The notes under the pieces were generated by a model. It was given only the letters and a program-made list of their open reading frames with translations. It did not search any database and had not been told where the DNA came from. Shown here one piece after another: positions 14,367-22,679 of a stretch of DNA of 31,908 nt. A program made the position numbers and the translations under genes. How positions within the stretch are numbered: position 1 is the stretch's first letter; every line of letters begins with the position of its first letter. This stretch comes from Desulfovibrionaceae bacterium (GTDB lineage Bacteria > Desulfobacterota > Desulfovibrionia > Desulfovibrionales > Desulfovibrionaceae): the NCBI GenBank assembly GCA_017613475.1, contig JAGADT010000157.1:1-31908 (forward strand). The letters run 5' to 3'.

Positions 14367-16613
14367 CTAGCGGTAGTAAAGGTTCCTGCCGCCCGCTGTC
14401 AGCAGCAGCTGCTCAAGATTGGCGCGGACTTCCCTGCGGTCCCAGACGCCCTGGATGTGCCCGCGCGAAAGCGCCTTGTAGGCGCTGTGGTAATGCGGGG
14501 GGACATCTATGCCGGTTGTCTCCTTGATAACGCCAACACCGGCAAAGCCAAGATTGGAGGAACGCATGGCAAACTGATATGGCGAGCAGCCAAGGAAGCT
14601 GGCTACAGGCCCCGCATAGGAATTGGTATCATACAGCACAAGATACAGGCCGCCGGCCTCAATATAGCGGCGGACAGCCACCGTGCAGCGCGGCATCTGG
14701 ATGACGCCGTGCGTGCCTTCCTGTATGCGGATGCCTGCCGTGCCGTGCACATAGGCCAGGAACGGATAGCGCTTTTTTTCCGCAAGCTTGGCCGCCTCAA
14801 CAAATTTCAGGCCTTCAGCCGCGCCTACGGAACCGCCCCTGAACGGCCCGACCAGCATGGCCACAATCATGCGTATGCCATTGAGCCTGGCTTCAAAGGT
14901 CACGCAGGCGCTCTTAAGCTTTGTCTTTTCCTTGGCTTTCTGGATGCTTTCGCCAAGCCCCGGGAAATTGAGGGGGTTGGCGGCCTCCACCTCGGCATTG
15001 AATTCACGCACCGAATCAGCATCGAAAACGTTATTGACAACCCACTGGTATTCCATGGGGAAATGGTGGCCGCACGTCGTGCATACGCCGGCGAACTCCC
15101 CGTACAGGTCAGGGGCCCAGAGATCAAGGCAGCCGTGCGTGGCCGCGTTGGGGCAGGTAACCGTCCTGTCTTCGCGCGCGCGGGGGCTGACATAGGCCCA
15201 GCGGCCCTTGCGGGATTCATCCTCTTCCTTCCACGTGGAAAGCGTGGTCAGCTCACGCACGGTTTCAGGCCGCAACCGCGGGCCTACGGGCTTGCGGGTG
15301 ATGGGGTAAAGCATCCTGTCCCGCAGCCAGACCGCCATCGAGAGGGTTTCATTCATGAAATTGGAAATCCGCTGCCGGTGGCGGGTGTACAATTCAAACT
15401 TAACGCGGGCGTAAAGGCTGTCCCAGGATTCCCGCGCATTGCGGCGCAGCCGGCTTAAAACCGGGCGCCTGTCCCAGCAGGCGCCTTTTGAGAGGCGCAG
15501 GAACTTCTTCTGGCGTTTCGCAACAAGCTTTTCCCGGGCGGAATCGCTGAGGTTCCAGCTCAAGAACACTTCATCCATGTTGGTATCGTCACGCCCCCAG
15601 CGGCGCAGCGTCAGGCGGCGCATGGGGCTAAACCCGCGCGCGCCGAGAACGGCTTCGTCCGTGGCCCGGATGACTTCCTGCCGCAGGGTGCGGAAAAAGT
15701 CGTAATGGAAGGGGCGGGCGCCAAGGCAGGGCTCCTGAACAATCCTGTCCACATAGCCAAAATTCAGGTTGTCCTGGGCGGTCATGTGCAGGCGCTCTGC
15801 GCAGTGGGCAATAAGCTCCGGCGTGGCCCTGGCTCCCCCTTTGAGCCTCCCCTCAATGGCGGCGGCCCCTTCGGGGGAAATCACGGAATAGTAGCCATGG
15901 GAAAACATCAGGCGGCGGTCAGCCAGGGCAATGGCCTCGGCCCCGCCGGAACCGCCCTCGGAAATCACGGAAATGATCGGCACGGAAAGCCCGGCCATTT
16001 CGTAAAGGTTGCTGGCAATCTGCTGCGCCGCGCCGGGATAGTCCTCCACAGGAAAGGAACCGGGCGTAAACACGTAGGTATGGATGGGGATGTTTTCCGT
16101 TTCGGCAACCTGCATGAAGTGCCTGGCCTTGGCATTGCCCCAGGGCTTTACGGACCCGCCGTTGCGGAATTCTTCGCCATGGCCCTTTTCCTGCCCGATA
16201 ACCATGATGAGCTGGCTGTACTTCTTTTTGCCCTGGTGGCGGGTAATGGTGGCGCGGGCAATGACCATGCTGGGGTCTATGCTGTGCTCATCCTGTCCGC
16301 CGATTTCGGTAAAGTTGTCGTAGACATTTTCCAGGATGTCCCGCAGGCAAAAACGCTGCGGATGGCGCACAATGCGCACCTTTTCCATGGGCGTCAGGCT
16401 GCTGTCGAGCAGGCGCTCAACTTCATCAAAGCCCTTTTCAAGCTGCACAAGCTCTTCCAGCGGGCTCTTCATGCTGCCATCGGCAAGATTCTGGAAAAAG
16501 GAATCCAGGCGCACGCCCAGGGAATCAATAATTTCGCCGTTCCGCCCGACAAAGATATCCCTGATATAACTCAGCCGGTCCGTAAGATGCTGGGCTCTTT
16601 TTTCTATATCCAT
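14367..16613 (-). CDS. Acyl-CoA carboxylase carboxyltransferase, fused alpha (AccA-like) and beta (AccD-like) domains
   Basis: VRIVRHPQR, GQEKGH, EGGSGGA, YSVISPEGAAAI (alpha); Zn-ribbon CPN...C...CTTCGHHF, GGSVG, GIRIQEG, GFAG (beta). Confidence 0.9.
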   Translation of the reverse strand: MDIEKRAQHLTDRLSYIRDIFVGRNGEIIDSLGVRLDSFFQNLADGSMKSPLEELVQLEKGFDEVERLLDSSLTPMEKVRIVRHPQRFCLRDILENVYDNFTEIGGQDEHSIDPSMVIARATITRHQGKKKYSQLIMVIGQEKGHGEEFRNGGSVKPWGNAKARHFMQVAETENIPIHTYVFTPGSFPVEDYPGAAQQIASNLYEMAGLSVPIISVISEGGSGGAEAIALADRRLMFSHGYYSVISPEGAAAIEGRLKGGARATPELIAHCAERLHMTAQDNLNFGYVDRIVQEPCLGARPFHYDFFRTLRQEVIRATDEAVLGARGFSPMRRLTLRRWGRDDTNMDEVFLSWNLSDSAREKLVAKRQKKFLRLSKGACWDRRPVLSRLRRNARESWDSLYARVKFELYTRHRQRISNFMNETLSMAVWLRDRMLYPITRKPVGPRLRPETVRELTTLSTWKEEDESRKGRWAYVSPRAREDRTVTCPNAATHGCLDLWAPDLYGEFAGVCTTCGHHFPMEYQWVVNNVFDADSVREFNAEVEAANPLNFPGLGESIQKAKEKTKLKSACVTFEARLNGIRMIVAMLVGPFRGGSVGAAEGLKFVEAAKLAEKKRYPFLAYVHGTAGIRIQEGTHGVIQMPRCTVAVRRYIEAGGLYLVLYDTNSYAGPVASFLGCSPYQFAMRSSNLGFAGVGVIKETTGIDVPPHYHSAYKALSRGHIQGVWDRREVRANLEQLLLTAGGRNLYYR

Positions 16614-16663
16614 TGGCTGTGAAGGCCTCCCACCATCCCGCAGGACGGCGCAAAAGGAATGTT

Positions 16664-18085
16664 TCAGGCAAAACGCAGAATGCCGTCCGTACGATCTTTC
16701 AGGAAAGCCACATTCGACTGGAGGGGAGAACCATCCTTGTCATGCCCCTCCAAAACAAGGCTGTCCAGGAAGGCATGTCCGCGGGCCTTGGCTTCGGCAA
16801 GATCCGCGCCCCAGACGATGGCCAGGGCCAGGTTCGGGTCAAATTCCGTGGGAATGTCATAGGGCGTGCCGTCCAGCGCCGCGGGCACATGCGTGTGCAT
16901 GGAAAGCCACGGCTGCGGCTCCCAGGAAAAGCGTTCTATGCGCCCGACCCACGGGGAAAAATGGTTCGCCGGATCTTCGGCGATAATGCGGTATTCAATG
17001 CCAAAGCCTTCCAGCGAAACATCGCTCTGGGTATAGCCCAACGGCTCGCCAAGGCCCAGGCGGATCTGCTCGGAGATCAAATCCACCCCCGGCTTGCCAT
17101 TCAGGCGGGCGATTTTGGCGGACACGCCGTTTTCAACCTGGATGCGGGTGTTCACTTCCATAAGGAAGGGGCTGCCGTCGCGCGTAACGATCCATTCCCA
17201 GGTGCCTACGTTGTCGTAGCCAACCTTCTGGGCAAGCTTAAGCGAGTGGCTGGTAATGGTGTCGAGCAGCGCCGCGGCATCAAAATCGTATTTGATGTCC
17301 GCGGGGGCAAAGCCCGGCGCGACTTCAAGGCGCTTCTGCCGGCCGGTGGACTGGATTGAGCAGTTCCTCGTGCCGAAATGCACGGGATTTTTGCCCGTGC
17401 GGTCGGCAACAATCTGCACCTCAAGATGGTTGAACTCGCAGATGCGCTGCTCAATCAGCACGCCTTCATCCTTGAACTGGCGCAGGGCGTAATTGCGGAT
17501 GCTGCGGTACACGGAGCGGAACTGATCGATATCGTACACTTCCTCAATGCCCATTCCGCCGCCGCCCGCAGAAGCCTTGACCAGCACCAGAGGATGGGCC
17601 ACGCCCTGCTGCAGCTGGAATTCGTACAGGCTGCGGGCGATTTTCTCCGCTTCCTGCTCATCATAAATGGGGCGGTCAGAGCCAGGCACTGTGGGCACGC
17701 CCAGGCTCCTCGCCAGGCGCTTGGTATTGATTTTGTCGCCAAGCGCCTGAATGACCTGCCAGGAAGGCCCGATGAAAATCATTTTCCTGTCCCTGGTGGT
17801 CACACGGCGGGCAAAACGAAAATCCTCCGCAAAAAAGCCGTAGCCGGGATGAACGGCCGTCGCTCCAGCCTGGTCGGCCACGGAAAGGATTTCATTGGCA
17901 TCATGGTACGAGGAAACCCGAAACAACGCGCCGCCAAGCTCGCGGGCCACCTGCAGGTGCCCGGAGGCAGCGTCCTCTTCCGTATATACACAGGCAAAGC
18001 CTATGCCCAGGCGATGGCATGCCTGCGCAATGCGAACCGCGATTTCGCCGCGGTTTGCAATAAGAACGATGTGATTTGTGTCCAC
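16664..18085 (-). CDS. accC: Biotin carboxylase
   Basis: VLIANRGEIAVRI, HPGYGFFAED, KASAGGGGMG, RNCSIQ, MEVNTRIQVE. GTG at 18085 is preferred over 18091 because AGGAG sits 5 nt upstream. Confidence 0.92.
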   Translation of the reverse strand: MDTNHIVLIANRGEIAVRIAQACHRLGIGFACVYTEEDAASGHLQVARELGGALFRVSSYHDANEILSVADQAGATAVHPGYGFFAEDFRFARRVTTRDRKMIFIGPSWQVIQALGDKINTKRLARSLGVPTVPGSDRPIYDEQEAEKIARSLYEFQLQQGVAHPLVLVKASAGGGGMGIEEVYDIDQFRSVYRSIRNYALRQFKDEGVLIEQRICEFNHLEVQIVADRTGKNPVHFGTRNCSIQSTGRQKRLEVAPGFAPADIKYDFDAAALLDTITSHSLKLAQKVGYDNVGTWEWIVTRDGSPFLMEVNTRIQVENGVSAKIARLNGKPGVDLISEQIRLGLGEPLGYTQSDVSLEGFGIEYRIIAEDPANHFSPWVGRIERFSWEPQPWLSMHTHVPAALDGTPYDIPTEFDPNLALAIVWGADLAEAKARGHAFLDSLVLEGHDKDGSPLQSNVAFLKDRTDGILRFA

Positions 18086-18230
18086 TGGCACTCCTGATAA
18101 CTTGCAGCGAAAAACTCAAAACAATCTCTCACCGCCAACCCTCAATGTACCTGAATTCGCTGCTAAGGTCCAGACCGCTTTTCTTATGCACGGGTTCCCC
18201 GTTTACGGCTGTTCAAGCTACGCGCAGAAA

Positions 18231-19412
18231 TCACTTCGCACGGGCTTCCAGCAGGGGAAGCATCCCGTTTTCAGCCATTTTGCCGCGCACAGCATCAGGA
18301 AGGCTTTCAAGGCGCTTCTTCGTGACAACGGCCCCATGGTCCAAAAGAAGCGTCACAACATCCCTGCTGCCGCCGTAGGCGGCAAGCTCCAGAGCCGTAG
18401 CGCCGCCCGTGAGCGCCGCGCTGCTGTCCGCCCCCCTTTCCAGCAGCAGGCTGACGACATCGGCATGGCCGTTCACAGCGGCAGCGATCAGCGCCGTGCC
18501 TCCATCCCCGGCCCTGGCTTCAAGCGCAGCGCCCTTATCCAGCAGGCATTCAGCAATTTCCGCCTTGCCCTGCCTTGCCGCAACCATGAGCGGCGTCCAT
18601 CCTTCCGCATCCTGGCTGTCCACAGCGGCGCCTTTTTCCAACAGCAGCTTTGCCGCAGCCGCCTGCCCGCTTATGGCAGCCCGCACAAGCGCGGTATTGC
18701 CCTCTCCATCCCTGGCATCAACGGGCACTCCCCGCTCCAAAAGCAGCAAGATCACGGCCGTCTTGCCTTTTTCCGCAGCCACCGTAAGGGGCGTCAGCCC
18801 CTGCCTGGTCTGCGCGTTCACATCCGCTCCCTTATCCAGCAGGAGCGCTGCAATGCCGGCATGCCCTTCACGGGCGGCAGCCATAAGCGCCGTCCAGCCA
18901 TTCACATCTTCAGGGGCCACAGCGGCGCCCTTTTCCAGCAGCAGCTTTGCCGTGCCTTCATGCCCCTCGCGGGCGGCAAGCATCAGCGAGGTCCAGCCAT
19001 CGGCATCACGGGCATTAATATCCGCCTTTTTTTCCAGCAGGAGGGCGGCTGCCTGCGCCTGCCCCCTGGATGAAGCAAGCATAAGGGCTGTGCCGCCGTC
19101 CTTAGCCCGTGCAATATTGGGGTCCGCACCCCGCTCCAGGAGCAGGCGGACAATTTCGGCATGGCCGTTGATAGCTGCGGCCATAAGCGGGGTCGATCCG
19201 CCCAGGGATTCCGCCCTGCCGTTTACATCGCTTCCATCATCCAGCGCTTCCCGCACAGCTTTGGGCGTGCCGCTTCTGCACAGCTTCACAAACGCGTCAG
19301 CCGGCATGGCAGAGGCAATGGATGCGGCAAGCAAAAGCACGGAGACCGCCGCAAAAAGAGGGCGCGCAAGGCAGACAAAACGAGGGATTCCATATTGCTG
19401 AAAAAAAGACAT
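18231..19412 (-). CDS. Secreted ankyrin-repeat protein (~10 repeats)
   Basis: 33-aa repeats GxTxLMxAAxxGHxxxxxLLLEKGAxV; signal-like LFAAVSVLLLAASIASA. Start uncertain (19412 chosen; 19442 or 19457 possible). Confidence 0.9.
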   Translation of the reverse strand: MSFFQQYGIPRFVCLARPLFAAVSVLLLAASIASAMPADAFVKLCRSGTPKAVREALDDGSDVNGRAESLGGSTPLMAAAINGHAEIVRLLLERGADPNIARAKDGGTALMLASSRGQAQAAALLLEKKADINARDADGWTSLMLAAREGHEGTAKLLLEKGAAVAPEDVNGWTALMAAAREGHAGIAALLLDKGADVNAQTRQGLTPLTVAAEKGKTAVILLLLERGVPVDARDGEGNTALVRAAISGQAAAAKLLLEKGAAVDSQDAEGWTPLMVAARQGKAEIAECLLDKGAALEARAGDGGTALIAAAVNGHADVVSLLLERGADSSAALTGGATALELAAYGGSRDVVTLLLDHGAVVTKKRLESLPDAVRGKMAENGMLPLLEARAK

Positions 19413-19800
19413 ACGCCTATTCCTGAAATATTTTCCGGCCATGCGCCGGATTTTCATACAGTTTGAACGGGACATCTGCAGCAGATCCAGGCTCCTTGCC
19501 AAACAGCGGGCGCGCCCTGAGGATAGAAAGCCCTTCCCGCTCAGGTTTCCCGGCGCCATGCCGGCAAAAAACTGCCCCATAGATTTATTAATATAATATC
19601 ATCAAAAGCAAAGACAAGACCATATCAAACCAGTGTGGATGAAATAGAGGCTTCCCCTCCTTCCTGCAGGGCTGTCCCAAGGCAGTGAACATGGCTTTAG
19701 GTCTCTGCATAAGCGCGGCCATGCCATGGCGCGACATCCATTGACAAACGCTGCCGTAACAGCCACTTTTTGCCAAAAAGCACACGCTGGGAAAACCGTT

Positions 19801-20256
19801 ATGGAAATAAAAGACGGAAAAGACTATCTGCATGAGGCAAAGGAACTGCTTATTGAATATACAGGCAGACTGGGAAGAGATCTGTCCTTTCAGAACCTTG
19901 ACGCGGAATTGAATGACCTGGCTTCAAAATATGCCCCGCCCCATGGAGAAATCCTTGTTGCCATTGAGGACGGCCATGTCCTCGGCATGGTCTGCTATCA
20001 CAGGCATACAGCCATCCGCTGCGAAATGAAGCGGCTCTATGTCAAGCCTGAAGCGCGGGGGTTCCATATAGGGGACAGGCTTGTTGAAGAAATCCTGAAG
20101 CATGCCGTAAAGGCGGGATACAGGGAAATGGTGCTTGATACGCTGAAGCCCTTCGAGGCTGCCATAGGCCTGTATAAAAAATATGGCTTTAAAGAATGCG
20201 AGCCCTATTACGAAAATCCCATGGACGATGTGCTGTACATGAAGAAAGGCCTGTAG
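19801..20256 (+). CDS. GNAT-family N-acetyltransferase
   Basis: CEMKRLYVKPEARGFHIG, VLDTL, AIGLYKKYGF; the ATG at 19801 is the likely start. Confidence 0.92.
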   Translation: MEIKDGKDYLHEAKELLIEYTGRLGRDLSFQNLDAELNDLASKYAPPHGEILVAIEDGHVLGMVCYHRHTAIRCEMKRLYVKPEARGFHIGDRLVEEILKHAVKAGYREMVLDTLKPFEAAIGLYKKYGFKECEPYYENPMDDVLYMKKGL

Positions 20257-20301
20257 GCAGGGCGCAGATGCCGCTGGATTTCAGCCAATCTCCGCACGCA
20301 T

Positions 20302-20345
20302 AAAAAGAGCCGGTCCCGCGCCCGCGCGGAAACCGGTTCTTTTTT
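20302..20345. terminator. Bidirectional terminator between the GNAT and USP genes
   Basis: AAAAAGAGCCGGT...ACCGGTTCTTTTT. Confidence 0.7.
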
Positions 20346-20422
20346 CTTCAATATCTTTTCCTTCCCCGCACAGCCGGCGCCTTTTCAGCGCGCAGCCATT
20401 ACGAAGAAAAAGGCGGGATTCA

Positions 20423-20971
20423 TTACTTATGGTTATGCGGACGGACGGTGAACACAGGACACGGCGCGCGCTGCACAACCTTTTCCGCGACAGAGCCGAC
20501 CAGGAAGCGGTCAATGCCCTTCAGCCCGCGGGTGCCCATAACGATCATGTCGGCGTTCTCCTGCTTCACCAGATTGAGGATCTGCTCAGCGGGATCGCCG
20601 TTGACCACAACGCCCTTGGCTTCAACGTCGGCAAAATGCTTCTGCACATAGGCTTCCATGGACTTCTGGGCGCCCTTGGTGATGTCATTCACGAATTCAT
20701 CAATGATGCTTGCCTGCTGCACGCCTGCGTATTCATCCTTCACCAGTTCCTTCATGCCCTTTCCGCCGTCGCCGGGAATATTCTGGGCAGCTTTCTCGAC
20801 AATCTGATGCGAAGGCAACATGAATCCGCGGTACTGGGACAGCGTCGGCACAGCGTAAACAACCACAAGGCTTGCGTTCATGAGCTTAGCCAGCGTGTTG
20901 GCGTAATCGACAACAGGGCTAATCTGGTCTGCCAGGTCCACTGCGCACACGATTTTCTTGATATCAGCCAT
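20423..20971 (-). CDS. Universal stress protein with a 33-aa insertion
   Basis: IVCAVDL, MIVMGTRGLKGIDRFLVGSVAEKVV (G-2X-G-9X-GS); SD AGGAG; 182 aa. Confidence 0.95.
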   Translation of the reverse strand: MADIKKIVCAVDLADQISPVVDYANTLAKLMNASLVVVYAVPTLSQYRGFMLPSHQIVEKAAQNIPGDGGKGMKELVKDEYAGVQQASIIDEFVNDITKGAQKSMEAYVQKHFADVEAKGVVVNGDPAEQILNLVKQENADMIVMGTRGLKGIDRFLVGSVAEKVVQRAPCPVFTVRPHNHK

Positions 20972-21061
20972 TACAATTCTCCTGCAGTTGCTAAGTTGAA
21001 GCCCATACAACAGGGAAGGAACTCTCCCCGCCCCCTCACAGGCCGACAGGCCTGCGCAACG

Positions 21062-21523
21062 CTACAATTCTTCATCCGGCGGCCGGATGGTGATAACAGG
21101 ACAGTCCGCGCTTTTGACGATCTTTGACGCAACCGATCCAAACAGGACGGCATTCAGGCCCGACCGCCCCCGCGTTCCCATGACGATCACATCGGCATGT
21201 TCACGTTCGGCACGGGCAAGGATTTCGCCGGCGATTTCACCAACGGCGACCTCGCCCTTTACATCCAGCCCATGGAAGTATTCTTCAATGAACCTGTCCA
21301 TGGACCGCCTGGCGCCATCCAGGATGCTGTCCCTAAGTTTGATAAATTTTTCCGTGCGGTCCGGCGCGGCATTGACATTGGGAAAAAGCGACATGTCAGG
21401 AACAACGTATAAAACAACGATGCCCGCGCCAGACTGCCTGGCCAGCAGCCCCGCATACTCCGCTGCCAGAGGAAGCGGGTCAGCAAGATCAACAGGGCAC
21501 AGTATTTTCTTTACGTCAGCCAT
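21062..21523 (-). CDS. Universal stress protein
   Basis: ILCPVDL, VIVMGTRGRSGLNAVLFGSVA; 153 aa. Confidence 0.95.
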   Translation of the reverse strand: MADVKKILCPVDLADPLPLAAEYAGLLARQSGAGIVVLYVVPDMSLFPNVNAAPDRTEKFIKLRDSILDGARRSMDRFIEEYFHGLDVKGEVAVGEIAGEILARAEREHADVIVMGTRGRSGLNAVLFGSVASKIVKSADCPVITIRPPDEEL

Positions 21524-21593
21524 CAACGCACATCCTTCTTCACGCCGCAAACGCCCGGGACGTAAAAGGCCATCCGCAAAACGGCTGCAAAGG

Positions 21594-22043
21594 CTAGGCC
21601 TGCTCCGACGGATGGATGGTCATGACCGGGCATTCCGCCTTCTTGACGACCTTTGCCGCCACAGAACCAAACAGAACGGCATTCAGGCCTTTCCGCCCGC
21701 GCGTGCCCATAACAATCACGTCCGCCTTCTCACGGTCGGCAAGGGCAAGGATCTCTTCCGCAACATCCCCCACGGCAATCTCGTCCCTCACGTCCACGCC
21801 CTGGAAGTGCTCCGCAATGTACGCGTCCATGGTCTCCTTGGCGCCTTCCTGAATCTTGCTGATAAAATTCTCCACGCGGCCGGGAACAACCTGGAACCCG
21901 GGGAAAAGGGACAGTGAAGGCACGACGTACGAGACTATTACGCTTGCGCCGGCACTCTTGGCCAGCAGCGTGGCATACTTCGCCACGGAAGGAAGCGGAT
22001 CGGAAAGGTCAACAGAGCAGATGATTTTCTTTATTTCAGCCAT
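21594..22043 (-). CDS. Universal stress protein
   Basis: IICSVDL, VIVMGTRGRKGLNAVLFGSVA; 149 aa. Confidence 0.95.
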   Translation of the reverse strand: MAEIKKIICSVDLSDPLPSVAKYATLLAKSAGASVIVSYVVPSLSLFPGFQVVPGRVENFISKIQEGAKETMDAYIAEHFQGVDVRDEIAVGDVAEEILALADREKADVIVMGTRGRKGLNAVLFGSVAAKVVKKAECPVMTIHPSEQA

Positions 22044-22128
22044 GGCCGCATATCCTCATTTAGGCAAACAGGTTATCCGGAAAATTTGGGGGAAAAACCC
22101 AGCCAAAACACATGGACAGCCGTTAAGG

Positions 22129-22578
22129 CTACTCATCGTCTGTAGGACGGATGGTCAGGACAGGGCACTTCGAGTTCTTGACGACCTTTTCAGCCACGGA
22201 GCCAAAGAGGATGAGATCCAGCCCCTTGCGCCCGCGGGTGCCCATGACGATCATGTCGGCATGTTCCTTTTCCGCAAGGTTCAGGATTTCTTCCGCCGCA
22301 TAGCCCACAACAACAATGCCCTGGGCATCCACGCCCTGGAAATGTTCGGCCACGAAATCAGCCATGGAACGCTCAGCGCCGGAAACAATTTCGCCAACAA
22401 AATTATCAATGGTGTTCGGTGGAACATGGAAACCGGTATACTGAGTCAGTGTAGGAGCCGCATACACCACGGTGACGCGCGCGTGCGACATCTTGGCCAG
22501 CATGACCGCGTATTCTGCCACCTGCTTGCTTTGATCGGAAAGATCAAGAGCACAGACGATATTCTTGAGTTGAGACAT
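22129..22578 (-). CDS. Universal stress protein
   Basis: IVCALDL, MIVMGTRGRKGLDLILFGSVAEKVV; SD GGAGG; 149 aa. Confidence 0.95.
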   Translation of the reverse strand: MSQLKNIVCALDLSDQSKQVAEYAVMLAKMSHARVTVVYAAPTLTQYTGFHVPPNTIDNFVGEIVSGAERSMADFVAEHFQGVDAQGIVVVGYAAEEILNLAEKEHADMIVMGTRGRKGLDLILFGSVAEKVVKNSKCPVLTIRPTDDE

Positions 22579-22650
22579 CACACGACCTCCATTGTGCATT
22601 ATTCAAGCGCAGAATAGAACATCAGAATGTGTTATTCTGTTTGCATAGGC

Positions 22651-22679
22651 ATAATAACGTGTTTCACGATTGTAGACAA
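22651..22679 (-). promoter_or_regulatory. Sigma70-type promoter of the USP cluster
   Basis: Minus strand TTGTCT(22679-22674)-17 bp-TATTAT(22656-22651), overlapping the waaA 3' end. Confidence 0.6.
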
